In this document: positions 1 to 8,863 of the stretch, in pieces
Numbering within the stretch: the stretch's first letter is position 1
Layout: each line of letters begins with the position of its first letter
Source: a virus
Taxonomy: Duplodnaviria; Caudoviricetes
DNA: 64,000 nucleotides
IMG/VR virus record: IMGVR_UViG_3300030708_002673
Span: 18,130 to 82,129 of that record
Direction: 5' to 3' (one strand)
Made by a program: the position numbers and the translations under genes
The notes under the pieces: model-generated
Seen by the model: the letters and a program-made list of their open reading frames with translations, nothing else
Databases searched by the model: none
Told to the model about the DNA's origin: nothing

Positions 1-1
1 C

Positions 2-340
2 ATCGTGGCGGCGCACGGTTATTTCGGACGGCTTATTTTCCAATATGCTTCGTTCAATAACAGTCGCTCTCTTCATTTCTTCCTTGCTGCTTGGCCCGTT
101 GTGGGCATTTGGTTTACTGCCCTTGGTGTTAGCACTATGGCTTTCAACCTCAATGGTTTCAACTTCAACCAGTCAATCCAAGACAACCAGGGTCACATCC
201 TGAACACTTGGGCAGACGTGTTGAACCGTGCAGGTCTGGGCATGGAAGTTATGCACGAGCGTAATGCTCACAACTTCCCCCTCGATCTTGCTGCTGCTGA
301 GTCAACTCCTGTTGCACTCACCGCTCCTAGCATCGGTTGA
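2..340 (+). CDS. psbA: Photosystem II D1 protein, C-terminal part (gene starts upstream of window)
   Basis: [26 protein letters not shown]...[17 protein letters not shown] is the D1 C-terminus. Confidence 0.99.
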   Translation: MVAAHGYFGRLIFQYASFNNSRSLHFFLAAWPVVGIWFTALGVSTMAFNLNGFNFNQSIQDNQGHILNTWADVLNRAGLGMEVMHERNAHNFPLDLAAAESTPVALTAPSIG

Positions 341-362
341 TACTATTTTTCTGTTATAATAT

Positions 363-389
363 GGGGGTCTTAGGACCCCCTATTTTTTT
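363..389 (+). terminator. Rho-independent terminator after psbA
   Basis: GGGGGTC-TTAG-GACCCCC followed by TATTTTTTT. Confidence 0.85.
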
Positions 390-392
390 GAC

Positions 393-674
393 ATGAATAT
401 ACGTCGCAATACTCTGCAACATCTTAGACAACAGTGCAGAGATATTATCGCTGAACAGAATGCAAAGATCGAACAACGTTTAGATCATCGCCTTCCTGCT
501 CACGTTGCTGCTATCTACCCTGGTGCAGCAGATATGGAATCCTTACACATTATCAATCAGTGTTTGGATAAGATCGCCATTACCGAACAACGTCTACAGA
601 TCCTTGATCGGTTTGACTATGAACGGTTGAAAGAACATGACGATCGCCTCAACTACGACACTTACAGCAAATAA
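393..674 (+). CDS. Hypothetical protein (93 aa) between psbA and psbD
   Basis: ORF fills the gap; stop is 1 nt before psbD ATG; no recognised motif. Confidence 0.6.
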   Translation: MNIRRNTLQHLRQQCRDIIAEQNAKIEQRLDHRLPAHVAAIYPGAADMESLHIINQCLDKIAITEQRLQILDRFDYERLKEHDDRLNYDTYSK

Positions 675-675
675 A

Positions 676-1731
676 ATGGTCGCATCAACGCTCCAACAAC
701 AACAAAGGGGTTGGTTCGATGTCCTTGATGACTGGTTGAAACGAGACAGGTTTGTCTTTGTTGGCTGGTCTGGACTTCTCCTCCTCCCTACTGCCTACTT
801 GGCAATCGGTGGTTGGCTTACTGGCACCACCTTTGTTACCTCCTGGTATACCCACGGACTCGCTTCCAGTTACCTCGAAGGTGCAAACTTTCTCACCGCT
901 GCTGTCAGCACACCTGCTGATGCAATGGGTCACAGTCTCCTTCTCCTGTGGGGTCCTGAAGCACAGGGAGACTTCGTCCGCTGGTGTCAACTCGGTGGAC
1001 TCTGGGCATTCGTTGCCCTCCACGGTGCTTTCGCACTGATCGGATTCATGCTCCGTCAGTTTGAGATTGCACGTCTTGTCGGTATCCGTCCTTACAATGC
1101 AATCGCTTTTTCTGGTCCCATTGCTGTCTTCGTTTCTGTTTTCCTCATCTATCCTCTGGGCCAGAGCAGTTGGTTCTTTGCTCCATCCTTCGGTGTCGCA
1201 GCAATCTTCCGCTTCCTACTTTTCTTGCAAGGATTTCATAACTGGACCTTGAATCCCTTCCACATGATGGGAGTTGCAGGTATCCTGGGGGGAGCATTGC
1301 TCTGCGCTATCCATGGTGCAACAGTTGAGAACACACTCTTTGAAGATGGTGAACAAGCGAACACGTTCAAAGCATTTGAACCGACACAGGAAGAAGAAAC
1401 CTATTCAATGGTTACTGCCAATCGTTTCTGGTCTCAGATCTTTGGGATTGCTTTCTCCAACAAACGTTGGCTTCATTTCTTCATGCTATTTGTTCCTGTT
1501 ATGGGCTTGTGGACATCCAGCATTGGCATCATTGGTCTTGCTCTCAACCTCCGTGCTTACGATTTCGTCTCTCAGGAGATCCGTGCAGCAGAAGATCCAG
1601 AGTTTGAAACCTTCTATACAAAGAACATCCTGTTGAATGAAGGACTCCGTGCTTGGATGGCACCTGCTGACCAACCACATGAGAACTTTATCTTCCCAGA
1701 AGAAGTTCTTCCACGAGGCAACGCACTATAA
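676..1731 (+). CDS. psbD: Photosystem II D2 protein
   Basis: [23 protein letters not shown]...[10 protein letters not shown]; start moved to MVAST (676). Confidence 0.99.
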   Translation: MVASTLQQQQRGWFDVLDDWLKRDRFVFVGWSGLLLLPTAYLAIGGWLTGTTFVTSWYTHGLASSYLEGANFLTAAVSTPADAMGHSLLLLWGPEAQGDFVRWCQLGGLWAFVALHGAFALIGFMLRQFEIARLVGIRPYNAIAFSGPIAVFVSVFLIYPLGQSSWFFAPSFGVAAIFRFLLFLQGFHNWTLNPFHMMGVAGILGGALLCAIHGATVENTLFEDGEQANTFKAFEPTQEEETYSMVTANRFWSQIFGIAFSNKRWLHFFMLFVPVMGLWTSSIGIIGLALNLRAYDFVSQEIRAAEDPEFETFYTKNILLNEGLRAWMAPADQPHENFIFPEEVLPRGNAL

Positions 1732-1734
1732 ATA
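1727..1734 (+). promoter_or_regulatory. T4-type late promoter
   Basis: Perfect TATAAATA overlapping the psbD stop. Confidence 0.7.
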
Positions 1735-1791
1735 AGAACATATCGTCGCCGCATGGATACTGTCTGGCAAAATCCAGATAGTTATGCTAAG

Positions 1792-1820
1792 ATAGGGGAG
1801 TCGTAAGACCCCCTATTTTT
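1792..1820 (+). terminator. Rho-independent terminator
   Basis: ATAGGGGAGTC-GTAA-GACCCCCTAT followed by TTTT. Confidence 0.8.
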
Positions 1821-2498
1821 ATGTTCAAATATATTCTTGCCGGTTTTTTATTGGGAGCAGCACATGGTGCAACTGTTCCAGTAGAAGCACATGAGGGCAA
1901 GATTACTAAGGGATGGAAAACCATGGATGCCATGGGGTGCATGCTCCTGAAGGAATGCACTGACGGAGTAGAAAAGATCAGTTCCATCGATGATGTAGCA
2001 AAACTCAACCCCGATCGGGACTGGGATGTTGTACGGGATGAGTTCCATCAGATGATGGATGCCTTCAATAAGATTGGAGTTGATGTGCATCTTGCTGATG
2101 ATAAGTATTTCCCTCCCCTGCATCGTGGTGTCTATCACACAGTCAGTAATCATTTCTATTTGAACAGGGATTACATGACTCGTCCCAGCGCATTCATGAG
2201 TGTGATGAGGCATGAGGGATGGCATGCTGCACAGGATTGTATGGCAGGTACCATCAAGAACAGCATGATTGCAATCATCCTCCCAACAGATACTGTTCCC
2301 CAACTGTGGCAGGACATTGTTGAGCGTGGGTATCCCAAGAGTGCATGGCCATGGGAGAAGGAAGCAACCTGGGCAGGTAAGACTGAAGGCATGACCCAGA
2401 AAGCATTGACTTCCTGTGCTGCTGGTACAATGTGGACTGACTATGAACCCACCCCATTGACTCGTCAGTATCTTGAAGATGAGGGATTCATCAAGTGA
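1821..2498 (+). CDS. Conserved cyanophage protein with HExxH motif (putative zinc metallopeptidase), N-terminal signal-like segment
   Basis: VMRHEGWHAAQDC; hydrophobic N-terminus. Confidence 0.6.
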   Translation: MFKYILAGFLLGAAHGATVPVEAHEGKITKGWKTMDAMGCMLLKECTDGVEKISSIDDVAKLNPDRDWDVVRDEFHQMMDAFNKIGVDVHLADDKYFPPLHRGVYHTVSNHFYLNRDYMTRPSAFMSVMRHEGWHAAQDCMAGTIKNSMIAIILPTDTVPQLWQDIVERGYPKSAWPWEKEATWAGKTEGMTQKALTSCAAGTMWTDYEPTPLTRQYLEDEGFIK

Positions 2499-2761
2499 AA
2501 ATCTGGGAAGTATGGAAGTATTCTCTAGGGAGTTTCTCTGATGACAGAACGAAACCCTATGACAACTACGTGGCTGGCGTACGGACTATTCTATTTCTCA
2601 GCGTTCTTTGTACTAATATTTTTATTGTTAGTGGGGTCATGAGGCACTGGAATGGTTCAACAAATCAAGTGGTTATCGGCAACGATCATCCTCATAGCCA
2701 TGGTTTTTCATGTGATGGGGTGGACCCCTTGGAACAGTATCCTTCAACTGCTGGGCGCTAG
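2495..2761 (+). CDS. Small cyanophage membrane hypothetical protein
   Basis: KIWEVWKYSLG...RTILFLSVLCTNIFIVSGVMRHWN resembles a common cyanophage ORF; its 3' end overlaps the next gene by 110 nt. Confidence 0.55.
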   Translation: MKIWEVWKYSLGSFSDDRTKPYDNYVAGVRTILFLSVLCTNIFIVSGVMRHWNGSTNQVVIGNDHPHSHGFSCDGVDPLEQYPSTAGR

Positions 2762-2870
2762 TGGTTGGACCTACGTAGGAATCAAGTGGAAGGAACGTGC
2801 AATCGTCATGAATTTCCTTCCGCAGTTCTTTATTATCATCCCTGGACTCATCTACCTGCTCTCTAAATAG
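2652..2870 (+). CDS. Small membrane protein
   Basis: 72 aa, mostly hydrophobic helices. Confidence 0.65.
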   Translation: MVQQIKWLSATIILIAMVFHVMGWTPWNSILQLLGASGWTYVGIKWKERAIVMNFLPQFFIIIPGLIYLLSK

Positions 2871-2889
2871 GGCAGGTTTCTTTTTTGAT

Positions 2890-4275
2890 ATGCCCTCCGC
2901 TTACCAACCTTGGGACAGACTGAAGACTTGTCTTGTAGGTAGATCATATCCCCCCGAGTTTTATTCATACATCAAAGATCCCAAAGCACGTGCTGGGATG
3001 GAAAGGATCGCTCAGGAAACTGAGGAAGACTTCCAGAAACTCTCTGACAAACTGACGGAGTTGGGCGTCAATGTTATCCGATGCAATATCTCTGACGACT
3101 GGGAGAAGGATCATAACTGGGGTTATCATTGTAAGTATCCTTCAGCAATGGTTCCACGGGATCACCTTGCAGTGATCGGTGAGAAACTGTACATGCCGAA
3201 CAGTGATTACCTGAAGAACATCGACCTTCGAGAGATGGTCAATGCTATTCACAACCTAGACTGTAAGAAGGAGTGGATGCAACCTGGTTCTGAATTGGTT
3301 GCAGACTTCATCCTTGACATGATGAAACCCGCTAGGGGTGTCTCGAACATGGGTCCTATTGAGGAACTGCGAGACTTCTACTACAACAAATCTGATTCCA
3401 AGCGTCGGGACAAAACCGCCTACGGTATTGGCGTGCTGATGCAAGGATTGGATGCACAGGACATGGAGAACCTGTGTCTGAGTGCTGTAACCAATACGAT
3501 TGGTAACCCTCACCGGGTGAACAAAGAATATAATGAGTTCCAAGATGCAGAGAAGTGGTTCAAGGAACAGGGTGGCGAAGTTGTATACAATCAGTACGTC
3601 AACAGTGCTTCCGTCATCCGATGTGGTAGGGATCTATACTTCTCTATGAATAACATCATCAACTTGGCGAACAAGGATGTATTCATGTCGAAGTGGAGGC
3701 GTCTGTTCCCTGAGTACAGAACTCATCCTCTGATGGTTCCTGGACATGGTGATGGTTCTTTGACTCCTGTCAAACCAGGACTGCTACTTACTATCGCTCA
3801 GGAAACATTCTTCCAAGATACATTCCCTGGATGGGAAGTTGTTCGTATTCCTGGTGCTGGATGGCAGCAGGTGGATGGTTTCTTGAAGATCAAAGAGAAG
3901 AACAAAGGACGTTGGTGGGTTCCTGGAGAGGAAAACAACGATGCGTTGACTGAGTTTGTGGAGACTTGGTTGAAAGACTGGGTGATCTATGTTGAAGAGA
4001 CGGTCTTCGATATCAATATGCTGGTGGTGGATGAGAAGAATGTCATCTGCAACAACTACAATAAGAAAGTGTTCGATGCCTTTGAACGGCATGGCATCAC
4101 AGGGCACATCGTGAACTTCAGGCACCGTTACTTCTGGGATGGTGGACTGCACTGCATCACCATGGACCTTGATCGTGAGGGGTCGATGGTTGACTATTGG
4201 CCTGAGCGTGGGGATGAAAGCTATCTCATCATGGACCCACGGTCAAAAGAAAAGTCGAAGATGTATGGCAGGTAA
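2890..4275 (+). CDS. Amidinotransferase (glycine/inosamine-phosphate amidinotransferase fold)
   Basis: WDRLKTCLVGR start, PRDHLAVIG, GHGDG, and C-terminal FWDGGLHCITMDLDREG with catalytic Cys. Confidence 0.85.
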   Translation: MPSAYQPWDRLKTCLVGRSYPPEFYSYIKDPKARAGMERIAQETEEDFQKLSDKLTELGVNVIRCNISDDWEKDHNWGYHCKYPSAMVPRDHLAVIGEKLYMPNSDYLKNIDLREMVNAIHNLDCKKEWMQPGSELVADFILDMMKPARGVSNMGPIEELRDFYYNKSDSKRRDKTAYGIGVLMQGLDAQDMENLCLSAVTNTIGNPHRVNKEYNEFQDAEKWFKEQGGEVVYNQYVNSASVIRCGRDLYFSMNNIINLANKDVFMSKWRRLFPEYRTHPLMVPGHGDGSLTPVKPGLLLTIAQETFFQDTFPGWEVVRIPGAGWQQVDGFLKIKEKNKGRWWVPGEENNDALTEFVETWLKDWVIYVEETVFDINMLVVDEKNVICNNYNKKVFDAFERHGITGHIVNFRHRYFWDGGLHCITMDLDREGSMVDYWPERGDESYLIMDPRSKEKSKMYGR

Positions 4276-4378
4276 TCGAAAAAAAATCTCCGGCAAAAAT
4301 TTTGGTTCTAAGATTTTTTATGATACAATACTTAGTAAGGGATAATACTTAGATACATACTGTGTCTGCGATTAGCAA

Positions 4379-4702
4379 ATGAAATTTATCTTTGCCCTCT
4401 TCGCTACATTATTCCTTGCATTACCTGCCTGGGCAGTTGATGTACAGATGGGTGCTAACGGGAACTTAGTTTTTGATCCCGCCGAAGTAACTATCAATGC
4501 CGGTGAGTCTGTTCACTTTGTGAACAACATGCTTCCTCCGCACAATGTAATCGTGGAAGGTCGTCCTGATCTTGCACACGAATCTCTCGCCATGCTCCCA
4601 GGCGAAGAGTTTGAAATTACCTTTAGTGATGCTGGAGATTACACGTATTGGTGTGCACCTCATAAAGGTGCAGGTATGATAGGTACTGTTCACGTTCAAT
4701 AA
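4379..4702 (+). CDS. petE: Plastocyanin
   Basis: Signal peptide, [18 protein letters not shown] copper ligands. Confidence 0.97.
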   Translation: MKFIFALFATLFLALPAWAVDVQMGANGNLVFDPAEVTINAGESVHFVNNMLPPHNVIVEGRPDLAHESLAMLPGEEFEITFSDAGDYTYWCAPHKGAGMIGTVHVQ

Positions 4703-4707
4703 ATCTT

Positions 4708-4995
4708 ATGTTCACTGTTACTCTCAAGACTTCTGAAGGAGATCACACTATCGAGTGTGCTCCTGATCAATACATTCTCGACGCTGCTGATGAGGCAGGC
4801 ATCGATCTCCCTTACTCCTGCCGTGCAGGTGCATGCTCCAGTTGTGCAGGCAAGATTGAATCTGGTACTGTCAACCAAGAAGATCAATCATTCCTGGATG
4901 ATGATCAGATTGAAGCAGGTTTCCTCCTGACCTGTGTCTCCTATCCGACTTCCGATGTGACCATCGTCACTGAGCAGGAGGAAAACCTTTACTAA
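4708..4995 (+). CDS. petF: [2Fe-2S] ferredoxin
   Basis: [15 protein letters not shown]...LLTC. Confidence 0.98.
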   Translation: MFTVTLKTSEGDHTIECAPDQYILDAADEAGIDLPYSCRAGACSSCAGKIESGTVNQEDQSFLDDDQIEAGFLLTCVSYPTSDVTIVTEQEENLY

Positions 4996-5028
4996 ATACC
5001 TCTGTATAACAGTCGTAAAAACATAGAA

Positions 5029-5385
5029 ATGTCGGTTTCTAAGAGCTGTAATTCACTTTCATCCTCCGAGGTTAGGAGTGAATTGAGAGTTGACGAGAAG
5101 GGACACCTTACACTTGACGGAAGCGGCGAGGTAGTTGATCGCACCGGCAAGTCCCCCATGTGGCGTTTCCGTGAGCGTATCTGGAAGCGTATCGATCGTG
5201 AGCAGCATGATATCAGCATGGATCTGTACCGTAAGCAAGAACTTGCTGTCAAGATGGTCCAAGCTGACGTTGAATATATGGAGCGTGAGAAGGCCAAGAC
5301 TGGTTCCTACCCTGAGCGTTCAGGTGATCCGGTTCCTTCTAAGGAATCCTTGAACGAGTATGCCGATAAGGTTATCGGTGACTGA
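5029..5385 (+). CDS. Hypothetical protein
   Basis: ORF after late-promoter-like TAAATA (4993-4998); true start uncertain. Confidence 0.6.
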   Translation: MSVSKSCNSLSSSEVRSELRVDEKGHLTLDGSGEVVDRTGKSPMWRFRERIWKRIDREQHDISMDLYRKQELAVKMVQADVEYMEREKAKTGSYPERSGDPVPSKESLNEYADKVIGD

Positions 5386-5388
5386 TAA

Positions 5389-5417
5389 TTGACAGGGTAA
5401 CCAAGGTATCCTATAAT
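5389..5417 (+). promoter_or_regulatory. Sigma70-type promoter
   Basis: TTGACA-N17-TATAAT, exact consensus. Confidence 0.85.
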
Positions 5418-5437
5418 ATCTTAGTTACCTTTTTGTA

Positions 5438-5683
5438 ATGACCAAACGACATCAGGTCAAATCAAGATACTACTATTGGTTCTGGGGCGTTGCGACAGTC
5501 TCAGTGGTGGCGGGGCAAATCTATGTTGGTTCAGGCTATCGGCGCATGGCATCTGCCATTGAGTCGATAGTCTCTGCTGTTGGTGACATTGATGTGACGC
5601 TGATTATTCCAGAAAATGATCCTTTACTCAGAGAAGTGGGAGCACCCGCCGGAACTGATCCAAACTCTCAAGCAGAGGTATGA
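5438..5683 (+). CDS. Cyanophage hypothetical membrane protein
   Basis: HQVKSRYYYWFWGVATVSVVAGQIYVGSG; follows a consensus promoter. Confidence 0.65.
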   Translation: MTKRHQVKSRYYYWFWGVATVSVVAGQIYVGSGYRRMASAIESIVSAVGDIDVTLIIPENDPLLREVGAPAGTDPNSQAEV

Positions 5684-6191
5684 TGATCCCTTCTTCCTGA
5701 AAGGAGGGGAAGATTCAATCGAGAATAGAAAGAACTGGGGACAACACTACACAGGTTTCCATAAGAATCCAAACAATAAAGCACCGACTGTTGAGGGTAA
5801 CTTTATTGACAAGGATCTTCTACAACTTTACGTCCCTAAACTAAAGAAAATTCTCGGTGACATTGGTCTTCCTATGGGTAAGACCATCTATAGTTACAGT
5901 AGTATATGGGGTCAACTATATAAACTTGACCTCGAAGCAGTGATTGATGTCCACAATCACTACGAGGACCCACGTCAACTGATTTCGTGGGTGCATTTTG
6001 TTGATGTCCCCGACACCAAACTGTTTTACTTTCAGGTAGGAGATAACAAATTCTATCCTGAGTGTCAAAAGAGTGGGGATCTCATGCTATATCCTTCTTA
6101 CGCCATGCATGGCGTAGACAAGATGACTGAGGGTCTTGACCGCTTCGTCGTCGTAGGCAACATCGTAAAACTCAACCAAAACCGCTGGTAA
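5616..6191 (+). CDS. 2OG-Fe(II) oxygenase-like protein
   Basis: HNH...ISWVHFV...GDLMLYPSYAMHGV...RFVVVGN pattern. Confidence 0.7.
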   Translation: MILYSEKWEHPPELIQTLKQRYDDPFFLKGGEDSIENRKNWGQHYTGFHKNPNNKAPTVEGNFIDKDLLQLYVPKLKKILGDIGLPMGKTIYSYSSIWGQLYKLDLEAVIDVHNHYEDPRQLISWVHFVDVPDTKLFYFQVGDNKFYPECQKSGDLMLYPSYAMHGVDKMTEGLDRFVVVGNIVKLNQNRW

Positions 6192-6192
6192 A

Positions 6193-6429
6193 ATGCAAGC
6201 AGTTCTGTATTCCAAAGATAATTGTCAATGGTGTGACCGAGTTCGTCAACTGTTTACGGCAGTTGACATCGAGTATCTTGAATACAAACTTGACAAAGAC
6301 TTTACCCGGCAACAGTTCTACGATGAGTTTGAGGAGGGTGCTACCTTCCCACAAGTCTCTATCAACAACAAAGCAATTGGTGGATGCAAAGAGACACTGC
6401 AACATCTTCAAAGTTTGGAGATGATCTGA
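6193..6429 (+). CDS. nrdC: Glutaredoxin
   Basis: CQWC, TFPQV, IGGC. Confidence 0.92.
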   Translation: MQAVLYSKDNCQWCDRVRQLFTAVDIEYLEYKLDKDFTRQQFYDEFEEGATFPQVSINNKAIGGCKETLQHLQSLEMI

Positions 6430-6449
6430 TAAACAAGGGCACCCTTCTG

Positions 6450-6542
6450 ATGTATAATCGGAAGAAGCGTGCACCAAAACTCATTCCTCTTTTCAAAATA
6501 TTTGGGAAGAGATTTTCGCTACATATAGAAAGGGAGAATTAG
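6450..6542 (+). CDS. Small basic hypothetical peptide (30 aa, not in ORF track)
   Basis: MYNRKKRAPKLIPLFKIFGKRFSLHIEREN fills the gap between two genes. Confidence 0.4.
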   Translation: MYNRKKRAPKLIPLFKIFGKRFSLHIEREN

Positions 6543-6543
6543 C

Positions 6544-6774
6544 ATGACGCTCGATTCAACTGCTGTCTTACTTGCAATGGGTGCAGTGATCTTACTGCAA
6601 ACGATTGGAATAGGTTTAGTGATTGGATATCTAGTTCGTGCCTACATCCACGATGTAACTCCCCAATATTCTCACCCCGAGATGTTCGATGAGAATGGTA
6701 ACCCAGTTGCCGACACTCTAATCTCTTTCCGATTTGAAGGTGAGACCCCCTACCTCGATGAATTTGACGACTAA
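6544..6774 (+). CDS. Conserved cyanophage membrane protein
   Basis: TM helix then HPEMFDENG motif. Confidence 0.75.
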   Translation: MTLDSTAVLLAMGAVILLQTIGIGLVIGYLVRAYIHDVTPQYSHPEMFDENGNPVADTLISFRFEGETPYLDEFDD

Positions 6775-6776
6775 TC

Positions 6777-7226
6777 ATGGCAAAACTTCCTAACAATCCA
6801 CTGGTCTCCGAACTGTTCAAAGCAGTGCACGGTGCTAAGACTGTGGATAAGAAGGTTGAACTACTGGAATCTCATAAACGGGATGACGTAAAGGCAATCC
6901 TTATCTGGAACTTTGATAAGGGTATCAAGTCTGCCATCCCTGAGGGTGACGTTCCTTACAAGAAGAACGAATCACCTGCTGGTACTGATGGACACACCCG
7001 TCTGGTGCATGAGTGGCGGTCACTGTATAACTTTATCCGTGGCGGCAACGATAAGATCTCTCAGATGCGTCGGGAGACCCTGCTGATTCAACTGTTGGAG
7101 TCACTCCATGCTGATGAGGCAGAGATTGTTACCCTGGTCAAGGATGGTGAACTGCAAAGCAAGTATCGCATCACTCGTAGTGTTGTAGAGAAAGCATACC
7201 CAGAGATCCACTGGCGTGATAAGTGA
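6777..7226 (+). CDS. Conserved T4-like cyanophage protein (DUF6433-like)
   Basis: ILIWNFD...IPEGDVPY...LYNFIRGG...LLESLHADEAE. Confidence 0.75.
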   Translation: MAKLPNNPLVSELFKAVHGAKTVDKKVELLESHKRDDVKAILIWNFDKGIKSAIPEGDVPYKKNESPAGTDGHTRLVHEWRSLYNFIRGGNDKISQMRRETLLIQLLESLHADEAEIVTLVKDGELQSKYRITRSVVEKAYPEIHWRDK

Positions 7227-8335
7227 AGTTTCTCATTGATCTAACAGATCATTGCAACTCCAAGTGTCCTCTGTGTGCCAGACATAAGACATCATATAAC
7301 GATGAGGTTGCGGTGCTCGCACCCGATCCATCAATGAACCTGTCAAAGATTTCACTTGAACAGTGGAAGACATGGTTCCCACAAGAGACCCTTGAGAAGA
7401 CAGAGTTGATCTACTTCCAAGGGTCTTTTGGTGAGCCAACATTATGTGATGATCTGCTTGAGATATATGCCTACACCCTGAAGTCCAACCCCAACATCGT
7501 CTTCCAGATGAGTACCAATGGTGGTACCCGTGACGATGCATTCTGGGGAAGACTTGGTGCTCTCATGGGAGCATCACACAAAGATAGTTTCCTCATCTTT
7601 TCTATTGATGGTCTAGAAGATACCCTGCAGCAATACCGTGTGGGTGTGGACTATAAGAAGGTGATGCAGAGTGCTAAAGCATTCATCAAGGCAGGTGGTC
7701 CTGCTGTGTGGAGGATGCTGGTCTTCAAGCACAACCAACATCAGATACAAAGATGTAAAACATTGAGCAAACTATGGAAGTTCAAAGACTTCCAACACAC
7801 TCGTGTCAATGATATGTATGACGCTAGTGGACGTGGAGACGGTAAGTTTACGTATTCCTACAGGGATAAGGTGCACACCCTGCAGGTAGCAGATGATCCC
7901 AACCAAACGTACCGTCCAGACCCTGTAGCAGAGGACTCAGAGGTCGTGTGTCGCTATGGTCATACCAAAGGTAGTCCTGGGCAACTGAGGATCGATAGTA
8001 GGGGTGTGGTGCACGCCTGCTGCTTCCACCAGTCACGTCTCAGGTTCTTCTACCCTGGATATTATATTGACAATAACCCTGATGCACCTGCGGTCTTCCG
8101 TGACATCAACAACCCGAACAAGGGAGTGGGTGCAGAGTATATGCAGAAGGTCTTCTGGGACAACGTGATTCCCTTGATTGAGGAGCAGGGTGGTATCAAA
8201 TCCATCTCCTTAGAGCACCACTCATTACATGATGTGTTGCAGACTCCCTTTTTCCAACATACTCTGGTAGAATCGTGGAGTAATAGACCGCACATCTGTG
8301 CAGACTATTGCGGTAAGAAAAGATGTATCCGTTGA
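7223..8335 (+). CDS. Radical SAM protein with C-terminal SPASM/twitch-like Cys region
   Basis: CNSKCPLC, GEPTL, STNG, FSIDG; C-terminal C...ACC...CADYC. Confidence 0.9.
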   Translation: MKFLIDLTDHCNSKCPLCARHKTSYNDEVAVLAPDPSMNLSKISLEQWKTWFPQETLEKTELIYFQGSFGEPTLCDDLLEIYAYTLKSNPNIVFQMSTNGGTRDDAFWGRLGALMGASHKDSFLIFSIDGLEDTLQQYRVGVDYKKVMQSAKAFIKAGGPAVWRMLVFKHNQHQIQRCKTLSKLWKFKDFQHTRVNDMYDASGRGDGKFTYSYRDKVHTLQVADDPNQTYRPDPVAEDSEVVCRYGHTKGSPGQLRIDSRGVVHACCFHQSRLRFFYPGYYIDNNPDAPAVFRDINNPNKGVGAEYMQKVFWDNVIPLIEEQGGIKSISLEHHSLHDVLQTPFFQHTLVESWSNRPHICADYCGKKRCIR

Positions 8336-8359
8336 TACAGTTTTCCTTTTCTATATAAT
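8332..8359 (+). promoter_or_regulatory. Sigma70-type promoter upstream of riboswitch leader
   Basis: TTGATA-N16-TATAAT. Confidence 0.6.
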
Positions 8360-8373
8360 ACTACATCATGAAA

Positions 8374-8413
8374 TCGTTCATCCCTTCGGGGACGCAAGTA
8401 AGTCGCGGAACGG
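8374..8413 (+). ncRNA. Glutamine-II (Downstream-peptide)-like riboswitch aptamer 1
   Basis: P1 CGTTC/GAACG, P2 TCCC-TTCG-GGGA, CGCAA junction. Confidence 0.7.
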
Positions 8414-8415
8414 AG

Positions 8416-8594
8416 CGTTCATCCCATGATTGATCTTCTTCTCTACACGGGCATGCTTTGCACTGACGCTGAGGACATAATCCGACGTGCCAGTACACAT
8501 GATGCCATTAGTGCAGCAGTTCAAGCTGAGGTGGTAGCGACCGTAAAGGAAGCAACGCCTGAGTGCAATTGGGACGCAAACGACTGAAGGAACG
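8416..8594 (+). ncRNA. Glutamine-II-like aptamer 2, P2 loop contains an ORF
   Basis: CGTTCATCCCA...TGGGACGCAAACGACTGAAGGAACG; same core as aptamer 1. Confidence 0.6.
8426..8587 (+). CDS. 53-aa peptide nested in aptamer 2 (not in ORF track)
   Basis: MIDLLLYTGMLCTDAEDII...KEATPECNWDAND; GGAG at 8412-8415. Confidence 0.7.
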   Translation: MIDLLLYTGMLCTDAEDIIRRASTHDAISAAVQAEVVATVKEATPECNWDAND

Positions 8595-8627
8595 GGGCAA
8601 AAATCCCATTCTTTTAGGAGACCTACC

Positions 8628-8792
8628 ATGAACACACTGAAGATGATCCGCCGCCAGATCGAGAAGGCAGCTGCCCTTCACGATGCACAGATCACTCACA
8701 CTGCTTACCGTGGTGTGAAGTATGAGTGCAAGCAACCCATTGAGGAAGCTCATGGGAACTTCTGCTATCGCGGACGGACCTACACCAAGTGA
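8628..8792 (+). CDS. DUF4278-like peptide (54 aa, not in ORF track)
   Basis: AYRGVKY and CYRGRTY motifs; AGGAG RBS at 8616-8620; lies downstream of a Downstream-peptide-type RNA. Confidence 0.75.
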   Translation: MNTLKMIRRQIEKAAALHDAQITHTAYRGVKYECKQPIEEAHGNFCYRGRTYTK

Positions 8793-8818
8793 TGAGGTTG
8801 TAACAATCTCATATAAGT

Positions 8819-8846
8819 AAGGGAAGGTTTGACACCTTCCCTTTTC
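8819..8846 (+). terminator. Rho-independent terminator
   Basis: AAGGGAAGGT-TTGAC-ACCTTCCCTT then TT. Confidence 0.85.
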
Positions 8847-8857
8847 TGTTTTATAAT
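8829..8857 (+). promoter_or_regulatory. Sigma70-type promoter overlapping terminator
   Basis: TTGACA-N17-TATAAT. Confidence 0.8.
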
Positions 8858-8863
8858 AAGACC

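Noticed and set aside
337-360. TTGATA...TATAAT promoter after psbA
   Set aside because: Spacer is only 12 nt; at most an extended -10 that would fire straight into a terminator.
393-674. Homing endonuclease (F-CphI-like) after psbA
   Set aside because: No endonuclease VII, HNH or GIY-YIG motifs, and too short.
637-675. N-terminal extension of D2 in the ORF track
   Set aside because: Overlaps the upstream ORF; MVAST at 676 matches normal D2 length.
685-1680. Alternative-frame and antisense ORFs within psbD
   Set aside because: Shadow ORFs of a highly conserved gene; the same applies to the many shadow ORFs inside other long genes.
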